From Mobula birostris (taxonomy: Eukaryota): a DNA stretch of 64,000 nt. Each line of letters opens with the position of its first letter. The first letter of the stretch is position 1. Below the pieces are notes generated by a model that saw only the letters and a list, made by a program, of their open reading frames with translations, ran no database searches and was not told the DNA's origin. The stretch is taken from the NCBI RefSeq assembly GCF_030028105.1, contig NC_092387.1:20221590-20285589 (forward strand), read 5' to 3'. Shown here piece after piece: positions 1 through 12,832 of this stretch. The position numbers and the translations under genes are program-made.

Positions 1-229
1 GACCTCCTGTCCCAGTAACATCCTTGGAAAAAAATGAAGTCCAACAATTTTCCTTTTGTGAGGTACAGTGCACAATTTGATTCCCATTGACCAGGTTTCC
101 TTCAAGGAATTCTTGACATCATTCTTGGTCAAATATTCCAAAGGCAACTACATGAACCTTACCCAAGGAGTTAAAGTCAAAGGATCTGGAGCCAAGTGGT
201 CATGGCAAAAACTAACCTGAACATTCCCA

Positions 230-530
230 TGCAAGTTATTAACGAGTATGTTCAAATCGGGAGCATTATGCAAACCTATTATTTGACTGATGTTGAGAAT
301 GGACTTGTAGGGTTGTTGTTAGTTGGATTGGATTTGCCCTTTTTCTTGTTGGCAGCACATACCTGGACAATCTTCCACACAGCAGGTAATGCCAGTCAGT
401 TGACTACTTTGTACCATGGTGGAACACTTGGGGAGAGATGTTAGTTCTGAGCACAACCCTTCAGCATTACAACGGGGATGTCGTTTGGTCCCACAGTCTT
501 TGTTGCATCCAGTCCTTTCAGCAGCCTCTC
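230..530 (-). mobile_element. Old CR1-group LINE RT fragment
   Basis: Minus strand reads RLLKGLDATKTVGPNDIPVVMLKGCA, followed by degenerate KxxKSNPxNY-like motifs. Confidence 0.65.
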
Positions 531-839
531 AACTATTTGTGAAGTGAATCAAATTTTAGCTTATGAAATGAGAGACTACGGGGCAGCATGGTATCATCAT
601 GGCAGGCACAATACTTTACTGTGTAAGCAACCCGTGTTCACTTCCTGACACTGACTGTAAGGAGTTTGTACGTTCTCTCTGTGACTGTGGGGGTTTTCTC
701 TGGTGCTCCGGTTTCTTCCCACAGTCCAAAGACGTACCTGTTGGTAGGTTAACTGATCATTGTAAGTTGCCCTATGATTAGGCTGGTGTGAAATTGGTGG
801 GTTGCTATGTGGTGTGGCTCAACGGGCAGGAAGGGCCAT

Positions 840-1643
840 TGTTACAAACCCACAGGTTTCGTTTACTGTGGACTGTCACTTTAAAAGAGCGCTTCAGTGA
901 GGCAGGACTATGATGTTGTTCACTGACTGACTCGCAGCTTGTTTATCTTTAAAACAAGGACACAGACAGTCACAGTCAGAAGTCGGGGGGGGCAGGGGGA
1001 GGGGAGGGGAGAGGGGGGAGGGAGAGAGAGGGAGAGGGAGTGGGAGAGGGAGGGAGATGGAGGGAGAGGGAGTGGGGAAGTGGGAGAGAGGGAGAGAGAA
1101 GGAGAGGGAGGGAGAGGGAGAGGGAGAGGGAGGGAGAGAGAGAGAGAGAGAGAAGGATCAATCAGTGACAACTTGAAGTTAACCCCCGCCTGGGTATGTT
1201 ATGTGGTAACCCCTTGAAGACAACAACCCTGTGACAGATCACGCTGGTGGTAATTCGTATGTGGATTTGGACCGGCTCGACAGAGGATCTTCAACAACTG
1301 ATATTTATTAATTACCATCGTGGAACCTGTGGAATTCAACGTAATTGCCTTCTCTCTACGTTTCACCCTGGATTACAAGTATCTCTCTCCCATCAGTCCT
1401 TCCGTGGATGAACTGAACTTTCCTACTTTACCATCTCAAGACCCTAATCTTTGTTTCCCCAAGCTTAACTTAGTTTGGGAGCTATATTACACACATATAT
1501 ACACATAACACTGTTAACATTTGTTTATCTTGGCTAAGTTACTAAGTAGATACGAATAAAGATAGTGGTTTTAACATTAAAACCTGACTCAGTGTGAAAT
1601 CTCTTGCTGCTGGTTTATTTCTAAAACGTTACAGTACGTAACA
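840..1643 (+). mobile_element. Solo LTR (Gypsy-like)
   Basis: TGTTAC...GTAACA termini, 4-bp TSD ccat/ctat, AATAAA at 1555-1560, inserted within a SINE. Confidence 0.75.
985..1153. repeat. G/A-rich low-complexity / (GA)n microsatellite
   Basis: Near-pure purine tract inside the solo LTR. Confidence 0.95.
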
Positions 1644-1984
1644 CTATACTGTGCTGTATTTCAATCAATCAATAAGACTACAGATGGAAGCTTTCATTGC
1701 ACTTGAGGCTAAAGATAATTAAAATATCTTTAATTAAGATAATTAAAGATATTTATCAGCTGTATGCCATAGTTGAGGAAACATTAACTATTCTATTGAT
1801 TGTTCAAGGCAACCAAAATAACTTGCTTTAAAATCCATTAATGATTAACTACATATCGTGATTAATTTAAAAAAAATTAATTGTCAATATAATCTTTTAT
1901 TGACTGAAAAGTCTAGTGAAATATAGCTTTGGGTTTCACTAATCTAGAGCTCTGGGGATCTTGTCTGATTTCATTTGATAGCTT

Positions 1985-2400
1985 GTACCTTGGATTAAGA
2001 GTTTTTGTGAATTATTTATGGGGATATGGCCAAAGCTGCAAGCGTATATTGCATATCCAAAATTGCCACTGAATGGGGTATCCCGTGCCACCTGGAACTG
2101 CGAGCAGTGGTACACATTGCAGAAGTAATTGGCCAATGGTGAGGGAGCAAATGTTCTGGTACCTCAAGCAGCCAGCTTTGCCCTGGATGATGAATATTTT
2201 TTGGTGCTGTACATGTCCAAGAAATTGTAGCATGAGCTAACATGCTCTGATCTCGTGACTTGTAGAACTTGGCTAAGATTTGGAAAACAAGGAGGCAAGC
2301 CACTTGACGAAGTAGACCCAGTATTTGCCTTGTTCTTGTAGCCACAGTGTTTGTGAAAAGTCCAGTCAAGTTCAGGTTCAGTTTCTGGTCGTTTCCTTTT
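1985..2400 (-). mobile_element. Old CR1-group LINE, C-terminal ORF2 fragment
   Basis: Frameshifted LDWT..NTVATRTRQILGLLRQV...AMCT motifs. Confidence 0.6.
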
Positions 2401-2611
2401 CCTCCTCATCACCTGAACCTGGGATAATTAGTGACTATAATTGTGTTGAATAGCAAAGGCAGATAATAAGACTGTCTTGTAGGAGCTGGAGATTTCACAG
2501 TGCAAATGTTTCTGGTCACTTGTCAGTCTGTGCCCGAGTGTTGTCCAAGTTTTCCGACTTAGACGCACGGAGTGTTTCATTATCTGATGTGTCAGAACTG
2601 GAGTTAAATAT

Positions 2612-2848
2612 TCTCACTGCTGCCTGTAATGAGTTTGTACATTCTCCCGGTGACTGTGTGGGTTTCCTCCGGGTGCTCCAATTTCCTCCCACAGTCCACA
2701 GGCATACTGGTTGGGAGGTTAATTGGTCATTGCAAATTGTCCTGCGATTGGGCTAGGATTAAAATGGGGGGGGGGGCAGAATTGCTGAGCAGCATAGCTC
2801 CAAGGGCTAGAAAGAGCTATTCCGTACTGTATCTCAATAAATAAAAAT
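2612..2848 (+). mobile_element. 5'-truncated V-SINE
   Basis: V-domain plus tail tccgtactgtatctcaataaataaa. Confidence 0.75.
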
Positions 2849-3312
2849 AATAATGTGTTGGAGCTGTTGTAAAATATTGTGATGTCATCAGTGAGTAACT
2901 CTGCTCTTGGCCCCTTGTCTCACAGGAGCCAAGGTATTGCCTTGAGAAGCTCCTGCAGGAGCATCCTGGAGCTTGAGCTGATTAACTTCAATAACCACAG
3001 CCACCTTCTACTGCTGTTGGAATGAATCTATCTGCTGGAGGGCTTTTCCCATAGTCTTCATTGGTATCACAAGGAGTGAGTCAAACTACATTGAAGACTG
3101 GTTGATGTCAAGGGGACCTCAGAAAGAGGCTGAGATGGAATGTTCTCTTGGCAGTTGTGGCTGAAGGTAGTTGCAAATGCATCAGTCTCACCCTGGTGCA
3201 AAGCTCAATCAAATGTTTCTGTGCTTTTACTCCTGCTTCACTCCTGGAAATTGAGCTATCATGATCAACCCTTCCTGGTGCACAAATTTATCAGTGCTGT
3301 CCCAATTCTGCT

Positions 3313-5879
3313 CACCAGACCTGGAATATCTAGCAGTAAAGTGCCGTCTTTTTTTTTTAACCTACCATGGGAGTTCTCCGGGGTCATTTTGGTAACAGTA
3401 TACATTCCACCTCAGGCCAACGTCAGTCAGGCTTTAGATGATCTGAGTAATGGGATCGACGTGCACAGAACAGTGCACCCTAATGCCTTCACCATCGTTT
3501 TGGGAGATTTTAACCAGGCCAGTCTGAAAAAAATCACTAAGCAACTATCATCAACAGATCACTTGCAACACCAGAGGAAGCAACACACTGGACCATTGCT
3601 ACACCACTATCAAGAATGCCTACTGTGCTATTCCACGCCCTCACTTCAGGAAGCCTGATCACCTGGCTGTACTTCTACACCCTGAGTATAGGCAGAGACT
3701 GAAGACTGCAGCACTAGCAGTTGAGGTCAAAGAAGGTATGGACAAGGGACGCACGAGAGCGCCTACAGGACTGCTTTGAATCGGTGAACTGGACTGTATT
3801 CAGGGATTCATCTTCGAACCTGGATGAGTATGCTACAGTTGTTACCAACTTCATTAAAACCTGTGTGGATGAGTGTGTGCCTACAAAGACTTACTCTACA
3901 TTCCCAAATCAAAAGCCGTGGATGAACCAGGAGCTATGTCGTCTGCTGAAGGCTAGATCTGTGGTGTTCGAGTTGGGCAACCCAGGCCTGTACCAGAAAA
4001 CCAGGTATGATTTGCGGAGGGCTATTTCAAGGGTGAAGAGACAATTTCGAACGAGGTTGGAGGCGACATTGGATACACGGCAACTCTGGCAGGGTTTGCA
4101 AGACATTACTTCCTACAAAGCGAAACCCAACAGCATGAATGACAGTGATGCTTCACTACCAGATGAACTCAACGCCTTCTACGCACGCTTTGAAAGGGAG
4201 AACACAACTACAGCTGTGAAGATTCCTGCTGCATCTGACAACCCTGTGATCTCCATCTCAGAGGCCGATGTTAGACTGATTTCAAAGCGAGTACTCCAGG
4301 TACTCCATCGGGACCTCGCAAAGCTGATGGAGTATCTGGTAAGGCTCTGAAAACCTGTGCCAACCAACTAGCAGGATTGTTCAAGGACATTTTCAACCTC
4401 TCACTGCTACGGGCGGAGTTCCCACTTGCTTCAAAAAGGCAACAATTATACCAGTGCCTAAGAAGAATAATGTGGGCTGCCTTAATAACTGTCACCTGGT
4501 AGCACTCACATCAACAGTGATGAAATGCTTTGAGAGGTTGGTCATGACTAGACTGAACTCCTGCCTCAGCAAGGACCTGGACCCATTGCAATTTGCCTTT
4601 TGTCACAGTAGGTCAACTGCAGACATAATCTCAGTGGCTCTCCACACGGCTTTAGACCACCTGGACAACACAAATACCTACATTAGGTACCTGCTGTTCA
4701 TCGACTGTAGCTCAGCATTTAATACCATCATTCTCACAATCTTGATTGAGAAGTTGCAGAACCTGGGCCTCTGTACCTCCCTCTGCAATTAGATCCTCAG
4801 CTTCCTAACCGGAAGACCACAGTCTGTGCAGATTGGTGATAACATATCCTCCTCGCTGATGATCAACACTGGCGCACCTCAGGGGTGTGTGCTAAACCCA
4901 CTGCTCTACTCTCTATATACATATGACTGTGTGGCTAGGCATAGCTCAAATGCCATCTATAAATTTGCTGATGATACAACCATTTTTCGTAGAATCTCAG
5001 GTGGTGACGAAAGGGTGTACAGGAGTGAGATATGCCAACTAGTGGAGTGGTGCTGCAGCAACAACCTGGCACTCAACGTCAGTAAGACGAAAGAGCTGAT
5101 TGTGGACTTCAGGAAGGGTAAGACGAAGGAACACATACCAATCCTCATAGCTGGATCAGAAGTGGAGAGAGTGAGCAGCTTCAAGTTCCTTGGTGTCAAA
5201 ATCTCTGAGGATCTAACCTGGTCCCAACATATCGATGTAGTTATAAAGAAGGCAAGACAGCAGCTATACTTTATTAGGAGTTTGAGGAGATTTGGCATGT
5301 CAACAAATACACTCAAAAACTTCTATAGATGTACCATGGAGAGCATTCTGACAGGCTGCATCACTGTCTGGTATGGAGGGTCTACTGCACAGGACCAAAA
5401 GAAGCTGCAGAAGGTTGTAAATCTAGTCAGCTCCATCTTGGGTACTAGTCTACAAAGTACCCAGGACATCGCTAGGGAGCAGTGTCTCAAAAAGGCATCA
5501 TTCATTATTAAGGACTTCCAGCACCCAGGGCATGCCCTTTTCTCACTGCTACCATCAGGTAGGAGGAACAGAAGCCTGAAGGCACACACTCGGCAATTCA
5601 GGAACAGCTTCTTCCCCTCTGCCGTCTGATTCCTAAATGGATATTGAAGCTTTGGACACTACCTCACTTTTTTTTTAATATACAGGATTTCTGGTTTTGC
5701 ATTTTTAAAAATCTATTCAATATATGTAATTGATTTACTTGTTTATTTATTATCTTTTAAAATTTTATTTATTATTATTTTTATTTCTCTGCTAGATTAG
5801 GTATTGCATTGAACTGCTGCTACTAAGTTAACAAATTTCATGTCAGATGCCAGTGATAATAAACCTGATTCGGATTCTT
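3313..5879 (+). mobile_element. 5'-truncated Rex1/Babar-clade LINE (APE endonuclease C-part + RT), frameshifted
   Basis: VYIPPQA, GDFNQA, FPNQKPW, GAPQGCVL, YKFADD, FRNSFFP; 3' end aataaacctgattcggattc. Confidence 0.92.
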
Positions 5880-6487
5880 TTTTCCACATTTGGACGGCAG
5901 TTCTATTGAAGCTGGAGTTAAGGGTTCCTGGTAAACTGAACAGAACATTGGTGAATAGATCTTGGGTGTGTGGACTAGTTTATGGCAGTGTTGATGATAT
6001 GTTTCATTGCTTTCACAATCATTGATCATGGTGGTTGTAGCTGACTCGGGATCAATAAAGTACTTATTATTATTATAGCTTGGAGATGCTGACAAGTGGC
6101 ATCTTCCACATTGTTTATTTGCCTGCTAATGTTATATCTCTATCTGCTCGAGGCTTAAAAAACTACAGACCATAACAACTTTAACACTACAAATAGCATC
6201 CTGACTGGTTCAGTGCTCTTCATTGGTATCACCTAGAGTGAGTCAAACTAGGTTGAAGATCAGTTGAAGTTAAAGGGACCTCAGAAAGAAGCTGGGATGA
6301 CATGTTCTCTTGGCAATTGTGCAAATGCTCCTGCTCTGCCTTTGGCTGGATTTTTGCTATGATTGAGAAACGGAATTGTTCCTGGAGATACTTCAGGTAG
6401 CTTTGTAATTGTCTACCATCATTCCTGAGCAGGTACCACTAGGTATGCAGAACCTGATAAATGGTTCTGTGCTCGCTTGATTCAGTT

Positions 6488-8100
6488 ATAGAGTCTTACT
6501 GCATGGAAACAGGACCTTTGGCACAACTAGCCCATGCCAATTACGATTCCTTCTAAGCCCCACGTGTCCAGATCTAAAACATTCCTCTCCATGCACTTGT
6601 CCAAGTACCTTTTAAATGTTGTTAATGTGTCTGCTTCAGCCACTTCCTCTGACAACTGTATCCATATACATACCACCCTCTGTGTGAAAAAGTTGCCCCT
6701 CAGGCTCTTATTAAATCACCCTAAACACACGTCATGCATTCTTTATTCCCAACCCTGGGTAAAAGACTCTGCATTCACCCCATCTATTCACTTCATGATT
6801 TTTCATACCTCCATACGATCAACCATCACCCTCCAGTGAATGAAGTTCCAACCTGATCACCTCTCCCCATAACTCAGTTCCTCGAGTTCAGGCAACAACT
6901 TTGTAAATCTCATGTGCACTCTTTCCACTGAGTGACATCTTTCCTATAGCAGGGTGACCCCAACCTGAACACTACATTCCAAATGTGACCTCGCCATCAT
7001 CTTGCACAACTGCAACACATCACCCCAGCTTCTATATTCAGAATCCTGACTGATGTAGGCCTGCATGCCAAAAGCATTCTTCACCATCCTGTGTAACTAG
7101 ATGCCACTTTTGAGGAATCATGCACTTATCCTCTTGGGTCTTTCTGTTACACAACACTCCCCATTAATGAAAGTCTTTTCCTCATTAGTATTCCCAAAAT
7201 ACAACACCTCACATTTATCTAAATTAAACTCCATTTGCCATTCCTTGGCCCACTTACCTGCTGATCAAGATCCCATGGCTATTCATGATAACCATCTTTA
7301 TCACCACCTATTGTAATACCATCTGCAAGCTTATTAATTATGCCTTTTATATTCTCATCCAAATCATTGATGTACCAAATAGCAATGTGCAAATTTAACA
7401 CATAACTAGTCACAGGCTTCCAGTCCAAATTCAGCCTTCCACCATTGCCTTCTGCTTCCTAACATTAAGCCAATTGTGTATCCAACTAGTTCTCCCTGAA
7501 TCCCATGTGATCTAACTTTCCAAAGCAGCCTGCTATGAGGATCCTTATCAAAGCTCTTAATGAAGTCCGCATAGACTACATCTACTACTCTGCCCCCATC
7601 GACCTTCTTGGTTACATATTCAATAAACTCAGTTGAATTTGTGATACATGGCCTTTCATGGACAAAACCATGCTGACTTTTGCTATTCCATCCCTACCTT
7701 TCCAAATTAATGTATATCTTATCTGTCAGAATTTCCTCTGGTAGGTTACCCACCACAGATGTTTGGCTTTTGGTCTGGAGTTCCCAGGTTTACCTTTACA
7801 GCCCTCCTTAAGTAAAGACCCAACATTAGCCATTCTCCAGTTTTCCAGCACCACACCCATCACTAACAATGATGGATACATCTCAACCAGGTCTCCCACA
7901 ATTTCTTTTCCAGCTTCTCACAATTTTCTTGGGTCCTATAGTTTTTTATATCTTCATGACATCCAGTACTTTCCCTGCTGCAATATGGACTGCACCCAAG
8001 ACATCTCCACTAACTACCTCAAGTTCTGAAGTCTTCATGTGTTTCCCAGCAGAAAAAGCAGAGGAGAAGTAGACATTGAGGACCTTGCCCGTCTCCTGTT
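6488..8100 (-). mobile_element. Degenerate CR1 (HER1-like) LINE, ORF2 3' part
   Basis: Reverse-strand CR1 3' tail and RT-region remnants, homologous to the cleaner copies at 15403-16270 and 53085-56235. Confidence 0.75.
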
Positions 8101-8454
8101 CATAGCTGGAACACTGAGTCATCAGCCAAGGGAGAATGGTCAGTGAAACCTCAGGTGGAGCATTCAGTGCTGAAGAGGCTTATTTCAGCTCACATTTGTG
8201 TAGCGGAGTGTTAACCAGGAACTGGAATCACTTGCGAGTTGTGCTAACATTGGAGAGTACTGCCTCCAACTTCCCCAATCAGTTTTCCTCCCTTTTGACA
8301 GCTGTTCAAAGATTTCATGCAACACATTCCTGGAAAATCCTTGTTGGTTATTTTGCAGTTAAAAACTAAAAGCAGTTTCTGTGAGAAACTGATGGTTGTG
8401 TAATGCACATTGCTGGGTTGCTGGACCTCCAGGACTGTTCTGAAGTCCCTTGTT

Positions 8455-8892
8455 CCAGCTCCTTAGTATGAATATAGAATTCTCCAGCTTCCGGTAATTC
8501 CCTCCCCCTCCCTTCCCCTATCCCTATTTCACTCTGCCCCCTCCTCCAGCTGTCTATCACCTCCCTCATGGTTCCGCCTCCTTCTACTACCCATTGTGTT
8601 TTCCCCTATTCCTTCTTCACCTTTCCTGCCTATCACCTCCCTGCTTCTCCTCCCCCACTCCTTTACCTTTCCCCTTACTGGTTCTTCACCTGGAACCTAC
8701 CAGCCTTCTCCTTCCCACCCTCCCCCCACCTTCTTTATAGGGTCTCTGCCCCTTCCCGCTTCAGTCCTGACGAAGGGTTCCGGCCCGAAATGTTGACTGA
8801 TCGTTTCCACGGATGCTGCCCAACCTGCTGAGTTCCTCCAGTGTGTTGTGAGTGTTGCTTTGACCCCAGCATCTGCAGAGTATTTTGTGTTC
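8455..8892 (+). mobile_element. Penelope-like element 3' end / pLTR with hammerhead motif
   Basis: Pyrimidine-rich tract, hammerhead motif, then gatgctgcc..ctgctgagttcctccag..cagcatctgcag tail shared with GIY-YIG-linked copies. Confidence 0.8.
8761..8800 (+). ncRNA. Minimal type-I hammerhead ribozyme motif (best-preserved copy)
   Basis: tcagtc-CTGACGA-a-gggt(tccg)gccc-GAAA-t-GTT-gactga: 6-bp stem I, 4-bp stem II, intact core. Confidence 0.7.
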
Positions 8893-9815
8893 ACTGTTCT
8901 GGAGTCTCTTGTGAGAAAGAATCGCTCCAGCAGATTTAAGGATTCTTTGTTAATCGGTTCATTTAATGCTTTTCACTTATTGTATAAGCAAATTCTGATG
9001 GGGAAAAGGATGGTTGAATTGAAGTTGAGAAACTGATCAGTTGGTAAAGTTGCCCCTGGGCGCGGTGAGCTTTTTAGGCAAAAATAGGTGTAGAGGGGCA
9101 TGTGATGTAATAAAATATCCAGAAATTGATGCATCTTGAAATGACAGCTTGACACTTCTGGGGCACAAGTGAACACACACCTCGAATCATTAAGATGGAG
9201 ACCCAAGCTACTGCAGGTGCTGGAGTCTGGCCACACAGGAGATGGTTTGTTCCAAATCTTTTTAAATACTTCTTGATCAATGGGACACCAGCTGTTTTGG
9301 TGAATGTCACAATGAAGCTAAAATTCCACATTTCTCTTCGAATGCATCAGTCATCACTGCTACAACAATATCCAATTGCCCCCATTTACAGTTTTGCTGA
9401 GGACATTAGATGCACCCAGATTTCAGCAGGTAAGGCATCAGTGGCAGACTGACGGAGAATAACACCGGAATGTCATCATTGTATAGGAGATGTTTTCTAA
9501 TTTAGGTTTGGCTGACATCTGCCAGAAAGTTCCCTCACCAGTCAGGTTTGGAGACTGGACGGAATAAAGTAATTGGAATTAACTATGAGCTCATCATTTG
9601 TATTATGGAACCATCTTTCCCCTCACTGCTTGTGCCTGGAGAAATAATCCCTCTTTTATGGAAGGATATTTCAGTTCTGATTATTTGTTCTGTTTGCAAG
9701 CAGAACTTGTCACCAAAGTTGGAAGAGTTCTATTGGTTCACATAAACTTTATGGCTGCTTCTTGTACTATTTTGAACATACTTCACATGGGCTGTATTAC
9801 TTACAAACATAGCTA

Positions 9816-9950
9816 GGTGTGGCTCAGTGGATAACAGATCTGACTCAGAGTCTGAATGTTGTGGTTCAAGTGTCACTCCTAGGTTTTGAGCACATAATCT
9901 AGACTGACTGCAGGATATTAGTAAGAGAGCACTCCCTTGACAGAGCACCC
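9816..9950 (+). mobile_element. SacSINE1/DeuSINE-like SINE 5' part
   Basis: gtggctcagtgg (A box)...gttgtggttcaagt (B box)...ttgagcacataatctagactgac. Confidence 0.65.
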
Positions 9951-9959
9951 TAAGCTGTT

Positions 9960-10140
9960 ATTCCCTTCCCTCAATCTTATTCTGGTTTGTACCTCCTTCC
10001 TTTCCTGTCCTGATGAAGGGTCTCGGCGCAAAACATCGACTGTTTATTCCCCTCCATAGGTGCCGCCTGGCCTACTGAGTTCCTCCAGCATTTTGTGTGT
10101 TTTGTTCTGGATTTCCAGCACCTGCAAAACCCTGTGTTTA
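9960..10140 (+). mobile_element. Penelope-like pLTR fragment with degenerate hammerhead (10005-10042)
   Basis: ctgtcCTGATGAagggtctcggcgcAAAAcatcgactg plus shared tail. Confidence 0.75.
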
Positions 10141-10519
10141 TGTTCTTCTGAAACCCCACCTGCACAAATCAAGGATTCTCAGACAATATTTAAGCCTGAA
10201 CCATGGTCAGATTATTCGGCAGAGTCAATAGCTAGAATAATGAGTGAATTTGTCCAGAATTAAATCTGTTAGACCTCAACATGCAGATTAATTGATGGGT
10301 TTGAGCAGCAGACAGTCCTAAGGAACAATCCTATAAAGGTATAATACCATGGCTGCTGTCTGGGAGAAAAAGAATTGATAAAATGCTGGGATCAGTGCTA
10401 TTGGAGGCTTGAAGTTTAGATTTTGAAGGAAGGACAAAGAAATTGGCAGAAAGCAGGATGTAAAAAAATAGGAGTAGGTGTTGGCCACACACTTCAACCA
10501 TTGAATGTGTGAACAGTAG

Positions 10520-10892
10520 AGCGTTGTAGACTCAGACAGCTCCATCACGGGCACATACCCCACCCTCGGGGGGAGGGGGTCTTCAAAAAGTGGTGCCTCA
10601 AGACAGCATCCATCAATAAAGACCCTCACCAAACATGACCTGCCTTATTGACATGACTCTCCTTCAGAGAGGAGATACAAGGGTATGGAGACACATGCTG
10701 AGTGTTTTAGGAACAGGTTCTTGACCCCTGCCATCAGATTTCCGAACAGTCCTTGAACCCATGAACATTACCTCACAATTCCTCTTATTTATTTATACGT
10801 TATTTATTTTTTTATTATAACATAGTAGTTTTTTAAGCACAAGACACCATATTTCACAACATCTGTCAGTGATAATACACCTGATTCTGAAT
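10520..10892 (+). mobile_element. Rex1/Babar-related 3' fragment
   Basis: Similar to 5400-5879; ends cctgattctgaat. Confidence 0.65.
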
Positions 10893-11037
10893 ATTCACAC
10901 CAACCAGCTTTCCTTCCCTATTCACACATCCTGTTTTTTAAACTTTCCACATCTCAAGCTTAAGTATGTTGAATGCATGAGTAGCTATCTGGGTGGAGAA
11001 TTCCGAAGACTCACAGTGACCTACCGTTTGGAAGGAT

Positions 11038-11832
11038 TGTTACATATCCCGTGAGCATGATGTAATTATCTTGTGAGCATTGTCATTATCTCGTGATGGG
11101 CATGATGTAATTGTCTCATGATGACGGGTGATGTGATGTCACGTGATGGTGTAGCATAAAAGAAAAGCCCGCCACTGTGACGCAGTTCTCATTTTTATTT
11201 TTAGTGCAGTGTTGTTGTTGCCGGTCGGATGTCTTGGGGACGCCACCGGATTTGTTTGTTGCACGTTTATTTTCCCCTTACAGTCCAGTATCAGAGAGTG
11301 AAGACATCACCAGCATTATCCGAACCCAAAGGATTGGGTAAAGTTAACGTCGTTCGGCGTCTTGGGAATGATTGACCTTTTTGAATTTTCATTGGGGAAT
11401 TGTGGCATGCACATTTGAGTTAAACCCCTGCAAGGTCAGGAAAGTTTGTGTGGTGACCACCCTCCAGCCAAAAGGTCAGTTCCTTTAGGACACTGTATTT
11501 CTTCGTGATTTCTTTGGACAAGACATCTCTTGGCTGTGATCGGCAGATTCATCATTACCTTGAAGGAATTGTTGTTCCGAGGAAGTCTCTCCTTAATGAC
11601 TGTATAAGTCACTTGGGCTTTTGAATTTACCACTAAGTCTGTGCTCGGATGAGAACTCATTAAGAACAGTTTATAAGGTTGACTGTTTGTTTGATATAGC
11701 CGCCTAACTGTTAACTTCCATTTAAGTTAGTCGTTCGTTTATTTTTCGATGTTTTGAGTAGAGGTTAATAAATTTCGTTGTTTATTTATAAAAACCTGAC
11801 AGTTTCATATCCATTGCTGCTGGTTCATAACA
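11038..11832 (+). mobile_element. Solo LTR (Gypsy-like), 795 bp
   Basis: TGTTAC...ATAACA termini, perfect 4-bp TSD GGAT (11034-37 / 11833-36), AATAAA at 11767-72, internal ~21-bp tandem repeats. Confidence 0.85.
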
Positions 11833-12005
11833 GGATAAACTTAACATGACAATGGATGCAACTTTTTGAATGATATGGGGATATCCCTGCTTTGCATGAG
11901 TTATAAATGTTCTTATGGACTCAGTATTTAATAACTGATATCACACCTTGATACTTGGTCAGGCTTTCAGTCCTGCTGAGCCTTCTAGAGCTTTCTGAGG
12001 AGCAG

Positions 12006-12079
12006 GCTCATCAGCACATGAACTAAAATTGGAATGATAACCATGGAGCCCTGAAAGAGGATGACATGGAAATTAATGA
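12006..12079 (+). pseudogene. Degenerate U6 snRNA pseudogene
   Basis: cagcacatgaactaaaattggaatgata...ccatggagccctg...aggatgacatggaaatt aligns to U6; the ACAGAGA box is deleted. Confidence 0.75.
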
Positions 12080-12334
12080 CAAAGGTACAACCAGTGTTGT
12101 GTGAATCCTAACCACCAGCTTTGAGCTTCTACATGTTCACTGCATGAGCTCAGTTACAGGGAATAAAGCTCTAGTTTCCAACTGATGAGTTAAAACCAGA
12201 AGTATTACTGCTGCTCTGAATAATAAATGTAGAATATTCAACCTGAATAAAAGACACAGGGACATTCCACCCTGGCTGAAAACAATCTTGACATCTCTCG
12301 TTTGACCCTCACTGACTCTTATCGAGGGACCTGT

Positions 12335-12832
12335 CTGGATGCATCTCGGCTTAGTCTGTCTGTGACTACAAGAAACTGCAGAGAGTTGTGGACGTAGCTC
12401 GGCACATCACAGAAACCAGCCTCTCCCCTCCACGGATGCTGCCTACACTTCTCCACTGCCTCAGTAAAGCGCCAACAAGACCCCCCCCCCCCGGCTCTGA
12501 ATATTCTGTCTTCTCACCCTCCCCCCATCAGGCAGAAGATACAAAAGCCTGAAAACACATGCTACGAGGCTGAAAGACAGTTTCAATCCCACTGTGAAAA
12601 GACTGCTGTAAGAACAATCTCATAGTATAAAATGGTCTCCTGACCTCACAAGCTTCCTTGATATGGTCTTGCACATTATTGTCTGCCTGCACTGCACTTC
12701 TCCTGTGACTGTAACTTTATATTTTGCATGCTGTTATCATTTTCCATTTACTATCTGCACTGATACAATGAAACGATCTGTACAGGTAGCATACAAAACA
12801 ATTATTCTCAATAGATGGGACAATAATTAACC
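12335..12832 (+). mobile_element. Rex1/Babar-related 3' fragment
   Basis: KKLQRVVDVA..., PSGRRYKSLKTHATRLKDSF motifs. Confidence 0.7.

Larger units (their letters stand above)
579..1673 (+). mobile_element. V-SINE/HE1-like tRNA-derived SINE, split by a solo LTR at 840-1643
   Basis: V-domain (gtttctctggtgctccggtttcttcccacagtccaaagacgt); CR1-like tail resumes at 1644 and ends in (tcaa)n. Confidence 0.8.

Noticed and set aside
920-1217. ORFs rich in SL/P or RE/G
   Set aside because: Translations of the GA-rich microsatellite
6469-6478. gtgctcgctt matching the U6 5' end
   Set aside because: Only 10 nt with no continuation; chance match
8900-9800. Apparently unique sequence as a possible exon of a neighbouring gene
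   Set aside because: No recognisable protein motif or convincing splice-bounded frame
12182-12205. CTGATGAgtt..aac hammerhead-like start
   Set aside because: No correctly placed GAAA and no stem I
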